From assembly GCA_018712565.1 (NCBI GenBank), contig DVGU01000003.1, positions 1 to 56,471 of the forward strand: DNA of 56,471 nt, given 5' to 3'. The position numbers and the translations under genes were made by a program. The notes under the pieces were generated by a model. That model did no database searches. It was not told the DNA's origin and saw only the letters and a program-made list of their open reading frames with translations. Origin of the DNA: Candidatus Faecimonas gallistercoris. GTDB lineage: Bacteria > Bacillota_I > Bacilli_A > RF39 > UBA660. Of this stretch, positions 9,339 to 17,474 are shown one piece after another; the stretch's first letter is position 1, and each line of letters opens with the position of its first letter.

Positions 9339-10410
9339 ATAATGATTCCTCCTTATAAGTAATCGCTTGATACACACTCATTACCATAAAATATACTCCA
9401 ACAAGCATTAATATGATTAATACAAAAGCTCCAAGTAAGAATCCTATTCCATACATTTGAAACATTTGAATAAAAGAGAATGTTCCTGTCATCATATACA
9501 AAATACCATAACACAAAGTAAATAAAAATACTCCCATACCAAAGGCAAAAAAACTAAATCTAGATGGCTTCTTATCCTTCTTATTTTTATTAAATGTCTC
9601 TATTAAAAACAATACAGGTATTACTGTAAACATAAAACCAACTAACAAAAGTATAACAAAACTCTCTCCTCCAGTAATTCTTGCTTCCTCTGGATTATCA
9701 GAATTATAGATAATTGTTCTTGTACTATCTTTTTTAGGTACCATTCCCGTTCCATAAGAAGTAGTAATTTGATATTCTTCTCCATCAACAATATAGTAAT
9801 ACGTAAGGGCGTAAGTTGTTCCATCTTCATCTTGTCTATAAATACTAGCATTCATAAAGTGACCCAATACTTCTTTATAATCTTTTGTTTCTTCTTTTAC
9901 CGCTAACCAGTGGAAAACACCAAGACATAATAAGACAACACCTAAAACTAATATCAAAGAAAATACAATTGGTCTTGCAAGACGTCCTAACTTTCTTTTT
10001 AATCTTGTTTTTATTAAAAATCGTTTATTTTCTTTTGCCATTTCTTCTTTAGACTCTCTCTTTTTAAAGAAACGATGTCTAATAGCAACAATAATTATTA
10101 CCGAGACAACAAATAATATTATCATAAGTGAATATATCTGATTCTTAATAGCAAGATACCAAAATGCTACAAAAAATCCTAAAACATAGACCAAGACACT
10201 AATGATATATACTCTATTACAATACTCTGACCATTTTACATTTCCTTTTAATGTAAAAATACTCTTAAATAATGTAGCAATAGCACATACAATAAATGGT
10301 GTTAATAGTAATCTTGCCATAAACTCCCCATAATAAAAGAAAATAATTAAAAATATAGTAACTGGTATTGCTACAAAAAGTTGATATATTGCTCCAAAGT
10401 TATTTTTCAT
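9337..10410 (-). CDS. Multi-pass membrane protein with a central DUF3592-like beta domain
   Basis: 357 aa. The segment GHFMNASIYRQDEDGTTYALTYYYIVDGEEYQITTSYGTG...IIYNSDNPEEA resembles DUF3592 and is flanked by many TM segments. Confidence 0.5.
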   Translation of the reverse strand: MKNNFGAIYQLFVAIPVTIFLIIFFYYGEFMARLLLTPFIVCAIATLFKSIFTLKGNVKWSEYCNRVYIISVLVYVLGFFVAFWYLAIKNQIYSLMIILFVVSVIIIVAIRHRFFKKRESKEEMAKENKRFLIKTRLKRKLGRLARPIVFSLILVLGVVLLCLGVFHWLAVKEETKDYKEVLGHFMNASIYRQDEDGTTYALTYYYIVDGEEYQITTSYGTGMVPKKDSTRTIIYNSDNPEEARITGGESFVILLLVGFMFTVIPVLFLIETFNKNKKDKKPSRFSFFAFGMGVFLFTLCYGILYMMTGTFSFIQMFQMYGIGFLLGAFVLIILMLVGVYFMVMSVYQAITYKEESL

Positions 10411-10427
10411 AATACTATCCTACCTTT

Positions 10428-10991
10428 TTAGAATTCATACTGACATAATTTTAAATACACCTGATTTGTTAACACACAATCATTTAATGCTCTATGTTCT
10501 CTTCGTTGCTTTAATCCAAAATAATCAATTAAATCATCTAATCTATGATGAGATAACTCTTTTAACACTCTTCTTGAAATTCTTAATGTATCAATATAAT
10601 CATTCGTTAAATAATCTCCTAATTGTTCCCTAATAGTATCATATAAAAAATTGATATCAAAGTTAACATTATGTCCTACGATAATATCATCTCCCAGAAA
10701 ATCTTTAAAGTCAAGTAATACATAAAGTAAATCTTTTCCCTCTTCTTCTACCAATTTAGTAGTAATACCAGTTAAATTCGTTGTAGGCCAGCCAATTTCA
10801 TGATTCACTTTAATAATTTCAGAAAAATTGTCTACTTCTTTTCTATTTCGTACTTTAATAGCACTAATCTCCAAAATCTCACCAAAAACTGCATCTAGTG
10901 AAGTAGTCTCAATATCTACTACAGTATAATTTTCTACCTTTTCTAGTAAACTCTTACCTTTAAATGCTCTTTTTTCTTTATTTACATACAT
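10428..10991 (-). CDS. DnaQ-like 3'-5' exonuclease (DEDDh family)
   Basis: ExoI VVDIETTS, ExoII VGHNVNFDINFL, ExoIII HRALNDC. Confidence 0.85.
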   Translation of the reverse strand: MYVNKEKRAFKGKSLLEKVENYTVVDIETTSLDAVFGEILEISAIKVRNRKEVDNFSEIIKVNHEIGWPTTNLTGITTKLVEEEGKDLLYVLLDFKDFLGDDIIVGHNVNFDINFLYDTIREQLGDYLTNDYIDTLRISRRVLKELSHHRLDDLIDYFGLKQRREHRALNDCVLTNQVYLKLCQYEF

Positions 10992-11019
10992 AATCTAATA
11001 TCCACCTAATTTCTTACTA

Positions 11020-12039
11020 CTACCTTAACTTTTCACTTAGTATCTTAGGTAATCTTCTTGGACTCCGAATGGACTTTACACCATATTCTTTCAACTTTTC
11101 TAATGGCCATTCCTCTTTATCATATTTTTTTAGTAATTTTAATTTCATATCATAAGATATGGAATGATCCTTAGTTTTAACATTGTCTGGAATATTAATC
11201 TCTACTACTTGACATTGAAACAGTATTGCTGAATAAGGTTTTGCCATATAAATATAGACCATATCTCCTATTTGAATACTACTTGGTTGCTTCCAATACG
11301 TTGTATCTGTTTTTTCAAAAGTGCTAATCATATCATAATAATAGGGATTTGCCGGAATAATCCAATCTCCAACTACATCAGATAAATCATAACTAATAGA
11401 AATTAACCTCATGACTTCATCATCCGTTAAAGTATCATCTAAAATAATAGATACCCAGTTCTTTTTACTTAAATGATAGGCTGGATAGATACCTTCTCTT
11501 TGTATATACGCTTCTACTTTATCATCTAGTTTTACATTTAACACTTCGACTAATCCAGTTTTTTCTTTTTGAAGTTTACTCTTATCCAAATTCATAATAA
11601 TAGCAAACCATTTATTGCTTTTTTTATTTCGAAAGACTCCATGGTCAGGAAACTTCTCCCATAAAAATTCTGGATGTACCTGATATTTTTCTTTTATTTT
11701 TATAGAAATGCGATTAGATTGATTAAACATAAAGTCTTCTTCTGTAAAACAATGAATAGCAATATCTTGTAAAATATTTTGATACTCTTCTTTTACAGTA
11801 TTGGCAAAATCTCCTACTACATCATCTATACGAAAGTTCGTATATTCTTCCTCCATATCTAAATCATATACTTTTCCAGTAACTATACTTACCTCATCCA
11901 CTTTTATCTCTGCTTTAAAACTATGATTCATAAACTCCTTAGAATAAATATAGTAAGATCCTTTCTTTTTAAAACCATAAGAGATTAGAGCATCTTTCTT
12001 TATGCTTCTTTTTCTAAATATTTCTTCTTCAATACTCAT
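11020..12039 (-). CDS. MmcQ/YjbR-family DNA-binding domain fused to a C-terminal PUA-like (EVE/ASCH-type) domain
   Basis: Central segment WEKFPDHGVFRNKKSNKWFAIIMN...YPAYHLSKKNWVSIILD is YjbR-like. C-terminal WIIPANPYYYDMISTF...WKQPSSIQIGDMVYIYMAKPYSAILFQCQVVEI is PUA-like. Start set at MSIEEE after GGAGG. Confidence 0.55.
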   Translation of the reverse strand: MSIEEEIFRKRSIKKDALISYGFKKKGSYYIYSKEFMNHSFKAEIKVDEVSIVTGKVYDLDMEEEYTNFRIDDVVGDFANTVKEEYQNILQDIAIHCFTEEDFMFNQSNRISIKIKEKYQVHPEFLWEKFPDHGVFRNKKSNKWFAIIMNLDKSKLQKEKTGLVEVLNVKLDDKVEAYIQREGIYPAYHLSKKNWVSIILDDTLTDDEVMRLISISYDLSDVVGDWIIPANPYYYDMISTFEKTDTTYWKQPSSIQIGDMVYIYMAKPYSAILFQCQVVEINIPDNVKTKDHSISYDMKLKLLKKYDKEEWPLEKLKEYGVKSIRSPRRLPKILSEKLR

Positions 12040-12076
12040 ACTCGACCTCCTATCTTTTTGATTATAGCATAGAAAT

Positions 12077-12647
12077 CTATATTTTCTTTTCTCCAAATAT
12101 TTCGGGAGTTCCTCCAACAAATTCTAACTTTCCATCATGATAAACTACCATTTGTGTATCCGTAATCGCATATAAAGGGGTATCCTATTAAAGTTTACAA
12201 AATTTAATTCTTCATGCATTTTGGATATCTCTCTTTCCAGAAATCTATACTCATTATTTTCCTTCTTAAAACAATAGAACTTGCGGATGTTCCCATGATT
12301 ACTTTTTTACTAGCTATTTGTTTTAGAATATCTATCGTATCCGTTTGTCTAAATAATTTTTCTAATATATGTTGACGACTTCCAACAATGTAAATTAAAT
12401 CTGCTCTTTGAAAATGTTTTTTTATTTCTTCTTTATCATAAGCCCTAAAATTTATAAAACCAATCGTTCCACCAATATATTTTTCTATGTTTGCTAACTC
12501 TCTGATTAACCATCTTTTATCTCATGTTCCGTCTAACCCTACATAAGCCTCATTAATCATCGCAATATTTATTTTTTCTACTAATTCTTCTATCTTTTTA
12601 GCAATTTCATCTGTTGTAAAACCTTGTGATGCTAAAGCTAGTTTCAT
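12077..12647 (-). pseudogene. Peptidase S51 / type-1 glutamine amidotransferase-like gene, inactivated
   Basis: Good RBS (GGGAGG) and ATG at 12647. MKLALASQGFTTDEIAKKIEELVEKINIAMINEAYVGLDGT then in-frame TGA (12522-12524). ...ADLIYIVGSRQHILEKL...VIMGTSASS then at least two frame changes. The tail ...AITDTQMVVYHDGKLEFVGGTPEIFGEKKI is in another frame. Confidence 0.55.
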
Positions 12648-12719
12648 TATTTTTCCTCCCTAATTTTTATATTATTAATTTTTTCATAAACAATCCATAC
12701 TTACAACAAAATCATAGTC

Positions 12720-12920
12720 TTATTTTTTCTTATCATATGTTGCAATACATATAAACAATAAAACTACACCTATCATTTCCATTCCTACAGAAAGACCTAA
12801 TAAGAGACCAGATAAAAGCTTTGAAAAATTAGTTGCACCTTCTGTAAAATACATTCTAGATAACGATAACACTTCGGCTACAATGATTAATACAGTAGCA
12901 GATATTAACTTCTTTGACAT
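12720..12920 (-). CDS. Small two-TM membrane protein
   Basis: 66-aa ORF with two hydrophobic helices. Tightly packed behind the preceding membrane gene. Confidence 0.35.
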   Translation of the reverse strand: MSKKLISATVLIIVAEVLSLSRMYFTEGATNFSKLLSGLLLGLSVGMEMIGVVLLFICIATYDKKK

Positions 12921-12927
12921 AAAACAC

Positions 12928-13434
12928 CTACTTCAATTTCTTTTGATTTCTAATAATAAATAAAATAATACTTCTTGAAAATCCCAATGTTAATACATTT
13001 AATATAGTTAAAACATCTACAAACTTTTCAGTTACTTTTTTCATAATATAATGAGATAAAACTACATTAAAAATAAAACTTAAAACTAATAATATAATAA
13101 TTAAGAAAAATATTATTGTATTAACACCATCTGGTAAATTAGTTACATAATAAGAAATGATAATCAGTAAAAAAACTAGTACATCTATCCCGCATAATAA
13201 CTTTCCTAAACCTTGTTTATTAGCAACTTTTCCTAAGATACATTTATTATAAAACGGAATCCAAGATGTAATTGGATAGTTATAATGATTTGCTTTCGAT
13301 ACTGCATATAGAAAAATACTTTCAAAAATATAATTAATAAGCATATACGTAAAAATAACCAAAGCAACAACTACAAATACTATAAACACAGACATTAAAA
13401 TACTTAATAATATAAAAACACTAATTCCACCCAT
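12928..13434 (-). CDS. Membrane protein of unknown function
   Basis: About 5 TM segments. Start chosen at MGGISVF after GGAAGGAGG. Overlaps the YbaK stop. Confidence 0.45.
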   Translation of the reverse strand: MGGISVFILLSILMSVFIVFVVVALVIFTYMLINYIFESIFLYAVSKANHYNYPITSWIPFYNKCILGKVANKQGLGKLLCGIDVLVFLLIIISYYVTNLPDGVNTIIFFLIIILLVLSFIFNVVLSHYIMKKVTEKFVDVLTILNVLTLGFSRSIILFIIRNQKKLK

Positions 13435-13903
13435 AGTATTCCTCCTTCCAAACATTAATCCATTCTTGATAACAAGATGTCTCTTCTAACTCTCTTATTG
13501 TCAATTTTACCGCACTATGACTATTGCCACAGGTAGGATAGATAACGTCATACTTTTGTAGTGACCGGTCTAAATATACTTCTACTCCTTCTAAAATACC
13601 AAATGGACAAACGCCTCCTACTTTGTGACCAATCATTTTTTCAACATCATCTACAGGAATCATTTTAGCCTTCTGATGAAAAAAAGCTTTATATTTACTA
13701 TTATCTATTTTTACATCTCCTGCTGCAACAATTAAAATTGGCTTTCCCTCTACTAAAAATGATAATGTTTTCGCAATCTCACCTGGACTACATCCTAAGG
13801 CTTTTGCTGCTTCTTCTACCGTTGCGGAAGAAGTGTCAAATTCTATAATCTTATCTTCTAATCCATACTTTTTCCAATGTTTTTTTGCTCTTTCTAATGA
13901 CAT
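13421..13903 (-). CDS. YbaK/EbsC-type aminoacyl-tRNA deacylase domain protein
   Basis: ATVEEAAKALGCSPGEIAKTLSF...ILIVAAGDVKIDNSKYK...GHKVGGVCPFG is the typical YbaK/ProRS-associated editing domain. Confidence 0.8.
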   Translation of the reverse strand: MSLERAKKHWKKYGLEDKIIEFDTSSATVEEAAKALGCSPGEIAKTLSFLVEGKPILIVAAGDVKIDNSKYKAFFHQKAKMIPVDDVEKMIGHKVGGVCPFGILEGVEVYLDRSLQKYDVIYPTCGNSHSAVKLTIRELEETSCYQEWINVWKEEYYGWN

Positions 13904-14020
13904 AAACTACTCCAATCTATTTACAAAAACTCTCTTCATAACGCAACTTTTTATTTACTTTTCGTAGTATGACTTTCTTTCATTATACTCGATTTTTATT
14001 AATAAGAAAACTAGATATTA

Positions 14021-14908
14021 CTATCTAGTTTGATTCTTTGTAAACATACATGGTTTTATTATTTCACCAGTCTTTAAATATTGGTAAGTTGGAAATTCAA
14101 ACAATACTGGTTTTAATTTTTGATAATCTATTTTTTTCTTTTCATTTAATACCTTATCAGAAACAAAAGTATGTACTGGTACTAAAATAAAGTTTTCAAA
14201 TCCAAAAGTTTCATAAATATCCTCTACCCTACATTCGATAGAAACAGGTGCTTCTGTAATAATAGGTGTACGTAACTCCCCTATTTCATAATCAAAAACT
14301 TCAGATTTATCTACCTTTTTTCCACTAACACAACCTACATAATCAGCTTTTTCTAACATTCTTTCATCAATTAAGTTAATGGATAGTGATTTATTTTCTA
14401 TTTTTTCTACTGTGATTTCACCAGTGAGCTTTCTTATTTGATTACTTCCTTCGACTACAGTTCCTAGTTCATATAGGCCACTGGCGGAAGAGAAGGAATC
14501 ATAAAACATAACGACATCTCCCCAGGGTGCATAATAAGCAAGTACACCTTCTCCTTTACTATCTGCTCTTTTTGTATTTTCTGTGCTTAGTTCATTTGGT
14601 GGATAGAAAATCTTTTCATTGGAACTAAAGTTTTCTACTTCTGTTGTTAGTGGAAGTTGATTATATAGTTCGGTGGCTGCGGTACTATCATTTAGTTCAT
14701 AGATAATTGTGTTCGTTTTATCACTTACCTTTATTTGCATCGTTTCCACCTCGCTTTCTCTATCACTATTTTCTTGATTCTCTATTATGGTTTCTCTTGA
14801 TTTATTTGTTTTTCTATTATTTTGATTGCTGTTTGTTACTGTGAAGTATAACAATATTCCTATTACTATTATGACTATGATTATGATTGGTACAATTATT
14901 TTTTTCAT
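14021..14908 (-). CDS. Membrane-anchored cyclophilin-like-fold domain fused to the C-terminal half of a flavin reductase domain
   Basis: N-terminal TM helix. The middle (IKVSDKTNTIIYELNDSTAATELYNQLPL...GVLAYYAPWGDVVMFYDSF...LYELGTVVEG) is the cyclophilin-like family. The tail (ADYVGCVSGKKVDKSEVFDYEIGELRTPIITEAPVSIECRVEDIY...) parallels residues about 75-188 of the flavin reductase at 7955-8521. Confidence 0.55.
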   Translation of the reverse strand: MKKIIVPIIIIVIIVIGILLYFTVTNSNQNNRKTNKSRETIIENQENSDRESEVETMQIKVSDKTNTIIYELNDSTAATELYNQLPLTTEVENFSSNEKIFYPPNELSTENTKRADSKGEGVLAYYAPWGDVVMFYDSFSSASGLYELGTVVEGSNQIRKLTGEITVEKIENKSLSINLIDERMLEKADYVGCVSGKKVDKSEVFDYEIGELRTPIITEAPVSIECRVEDIYETFGFENFILVPVHTFVSDKVLNEKKKIDYQKLKPVLFEFPTYQYLKTGEIIKPCMFTKNQTR

Positions 14909-14918
14909 ATGTTCTCCT

Positions 14919-15524
14919 TTATCCTAATAATTTTTTTATTCCTGTATAGGCTATATTATAAATGGAATAATATTTATATTCTATTCCCGCTTCCTTCATT
15001 GCTTCTTGTTGTTTTTCTGTTACTACTGCATAGGGATAAATACCAAACATGAATGGAAAAAAGGAGTAAATAAATTTTATAGTATCTTCTTCTGTCATCT
15101 CTTTAAAGAACTTATTTAGGCAAAGCTTTACGGCATGAATTGCATCGCCATATGCTTTTTTAAATTCTGTTAATCTCTCTATTCTACTATTTTCTTCTAA
15201 GTCATACATATTCATGGATAATAATTTTAATAGTCTTTTTCTATCTTCTATTGTATGAGCTAAAAGACTTGCAAACTTATCTTTTGTCAGAGTATCATTT
15301 TCTTCTCTTATTTTATCGATTGCATCTTTCCATTCTTCGTATTCTCTTTGAAATAAAGCTAGGAATATTTCTTCTTTTGTTTCAAAGTAATTATAGATGG
15401 ATGGTCTTGAAAATGTAGTCTGTTCACTAATTAATTTTATCGTAATATCTTTAAATTGATATTTGTCATATAAATCTTTACAAGCATGAATAATCTCATC
15501 TTTTCTTAAATCAGTATGTGACAT
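14919..15524 (-). CDS. TetR/AcrR family transcriptional regulator
   Basis: HTH FKDITIKLISEQTTFSRPSIYNYFETKEEIFLAL. Start MSHTDLRKDEI after AGGAG. Confidence 0.85.
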   Translation of the reverse strand: MSHTDLRKDEIIHACKDLYDKYQFKDITIKLISEQTTFSRPSIYNYFETKEEIFLALFQREYEEWKDAIDKIREENDTLTKDKFASLLAHTIEDRKRLLKLLSMNMYDLEENSRIERLTEFKKAYGDAIHAVKLCLNKFFKEMTEEDTIKFIYSFFPFMFGIYPYAVVTEKQQEAMKEAGIEYKYYSIYNIAYTGIKKLLG

Positions 15525-15538
15525 ATTATCTCCTTTCT

Positions 15539-15593
15539 CTGACACTGTGTCAGTTTTCAATTTTATTATATGTATTTTCTGACACAATGTCAA
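15539..15593 (-). promoter_or_regulatory. TetR promoter with two palindromic operator candidates
   Basis: Minus strand has TTGACA (15588-15593), a 17-nt spacer, then TATAAT (15565-15570). A perfect 7+1+7 palindrome CTGACACtGTGTCAG lies at 15539-15553. A half-degenerate copy CTGACACAATGTCA at 15579-15592 overlaps the -35. Confidence 0.6.
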
Positions 15594-15672
15594 TATATTT
15601 TTATTCATTTTTTTATTCTTTAAAAATACGTGTCAAATTTCATATAAAAAACCATATTTTCTCAATATGGTT

Positions 15673-17295
15673 TTATACTAATTCCGTATTTAAATAATAG
15701 TAATAATGTAGAAGTTCTCTTTTATATTCTACAACTTTTCCTTCTGGTAATACTAACATTCTGGTTACTCCTATTTGTTCTACAAATGCTGGATTATGAC
15801 TAACCATAATTAAAGTACCTGTATAATTTTTAAAATTTTCTCCAATGATTGCTTGTGTTTCTGGATCAAAGTGATTTGTTGGTTCATCTAAAATAATAAT
15901 GTTAGTTCTTTGAATTAATATCTTACATAAGGCAACTCTGGCTTTTTCTCCTGGAGATAGGACATTTACTTTTTTAAATACATCATCGTTTGAGAATAAA
16001 AAATTTCCTAGGAAAGTTCGTAGTTCTTGGTCATTATAGTTAGGATTATCAATATTTTCTAAAATTGTTTTATTCTCATCTAATATTTCTAACTCCTGGG
16101 CATAGTAAGCAATACTTGCATGATACCCGTACTCAATTTCTCCTTGAATAGGTTTTAACTGCTTCATGATTAATTTTAATAGAGTTGACTTTCCTACTCC
16201 ATTTTCTCCAACAATTAAAAACTTTTCTCCTCTTGCCATTTGAAAAGAAAGATTGCGATATAAATCTTTTTTATTTGGATAATGGAACGTTAGATGATTG
16301 ACTTCTAATGGTGTCTTACCACTTTTTTCTAATGGCTCTACCTTCATCGTAACTGTTTTATATTTTTCTTCTCTGCTTTCCAATTCCTCTAATTTTTTCT
16401 CTAGCATTTTCTTTCTAGATTGCCCCATTTTCTTTAATTTGTGGTTTGTTGCGGAAGCTTGTTCTGCTTTTTTTACAACTTCTTGTAGATGTTTTATTTC
16501 ACGCATCTGTTCTTTAATCCTTAACTCTTTTTGCATCATTTCGTCTGCATATAATCTTTTAAACTCTTTATAATTTCCTTTATAGATTTTGATTTTATGC
16601 GTTACTTTGTTAATGAACATGGTTTTCGTAATTACTTCATTTAAAAAGTCAATATCATGACTAATTACTAAGACCATCCCATGATAGGTTTTTAAATAGT
16701 TTGTGATATAGTCCTTGGTTTTCATATCTAGATGGTTTGTTGGCTCATCCAGTAACAAAATATCAGCATTTTGATATAAAAGTCTAGCGAATGCTACTTT
16801 GGATTTTTGTCCGCCCGATAACTCTCCTACTTTCATTTCTAGTAGTTCACTATCTATTTTCATATTTTCAATAATTGTTAATAATTCATCTTCGGCAGTA
16901 TATTGATGAAGACTATCTAGTTCACTTTGTATTTTTTCTGCTCGTCTTAATAATTTGGTTTGTTCTTTGTTTCCTACATTTGGTAATTTTTCATAAATGT
17001 TATTTAATTCTTTTTCCAGTTTTTCAATAGGTCTGGCACTATACAAATAGTCTAGGACTATCATTTCTTTATCTTCAAAACTAATTTCCTGAGGAAGATA
17101 AGCTATTTTTTTATTTTTGATGATTACTTTTCCACCATCTAGTCTTTCTTCTTTTAAAATAATTTTAAATAAGGTAGTCTTGCCAGCACCATTTACTCCC
17201 ACAACCCCGACTTTATCTTTTTCTTCAATACTAAATTCGGCATCATCATAAATTACTTCACTACCAAAAGCTAGGTACATGTTTTGTCCTTTCAT
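15673..17295 (-). CDS. ABC-F family ATPase (two ABC domains, no TM; translation factor or ribosome-protection type)
   Basis: Two Walker A motifs (GVNGAGKTT, GENGVGKST), two signatures (LSGGQK, LSPGEK), two Walker B motifs (LLLDEPTNHLD, IILDEPTNHFD). A charged helical inter-domain linker separates the halves. Confidence 0.9.
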   Translation of the reverse strand: MKGQNMYLAFGSEVIYDDAEFSIEEKDKVGVVGVNGAGKTTLFKIILKEERLDGGKVIIKNKKIAYLPQEISFEDKEMIVLDYLYSARPIEKLEKELNNIYEKLPNVGNKEQTKLLRRAEKIQSELDSLHQYTAEDELLTIIENMKIDSELLEMKVGELSGGQKSKVAFARLLYQNADILLLDEPTNHLDMKTKDYITNYLKTYHGMVLVISHDIDFLNEVITKTMFINKVTHKIKIYKGNYKEFKRLYADEMMQKELRIKEQMREIKHLQEVVKKAEQASATNHKLKKMGQSRKKMLEKKLEELESREEKYKTVTMKVEPLEKSGKTPLEVNHLTFHYPNKKDLYRNLSFQMARGEKFLIVGENGVGKSTLLKLIMKQLKPIQGEIEYGYHASIAYYAQELEILDENKTILENIDNPNYNDQELRTFLGNFLFSNDDVFKKVNVLSPGEKARVALCKILIQRTNIIILDEPTNHFDPETQAIIGENFKNYTGTLIMVSHNPAFVEQIGVTRMLVLPEGKVVEYKRELLHYYYYLNTELV

Positions 17296-17331
17296 GTTGT
17301 CACCAACTTTCTTTTCTACTTTATTTTATCT

Positions 17332-17394
17332 TTACACAATTCGTTTTTTACGTTTTCTTTGATACTTTCCTTTTGTTGGTTTTGTTCCTATCAT
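17332..17394 (-). promoter_or_regulatory. Candidate 20-codon leader ORF in the ABC-F 5' region
   Basis: AAGGTGA, then 12 nt, then ATG; encodes MIGTKPTKGKYQRKRKKRIV*. It ends 36 nt before the ABC-F start. The ACCAAC inside it is complementary to the GTTGGT overlapping the ABC-F RBS. Confidence 0.25.
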
Positions 17395-17474
17395 TTTAAT
17401 ATTTCATCACCTTGATAATCTTTTAAAAATTTCTTTATTCCTATGGTATGTTGAAAATATATTTTATTTCTTTT

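Noticed and set aside
9642-9851. A 69-aa minus-strand ORF nested in another frame of the DUF3592 membrane gene.
   Set aside because: It is completely contained in a longer ORF with clear TM topology. It has no RBS and a low-complexity composition.
12522-12524. The in-frame TGA in the S51-like gene might mean a TGA=Trp (Mollicutes-type, code 4) genome, given the very low GC.
   Set aside because: All long ORFs, including 1034- and 866-aa proteins, are uninterrupted under the standard code. Every Trp I checked is TGG. TGA ends at least one intact gene at a natural C-terminus (flavodoxin-like, 20000-20002). The same gene also carries frameshifts, so it is simply a pseudogene.
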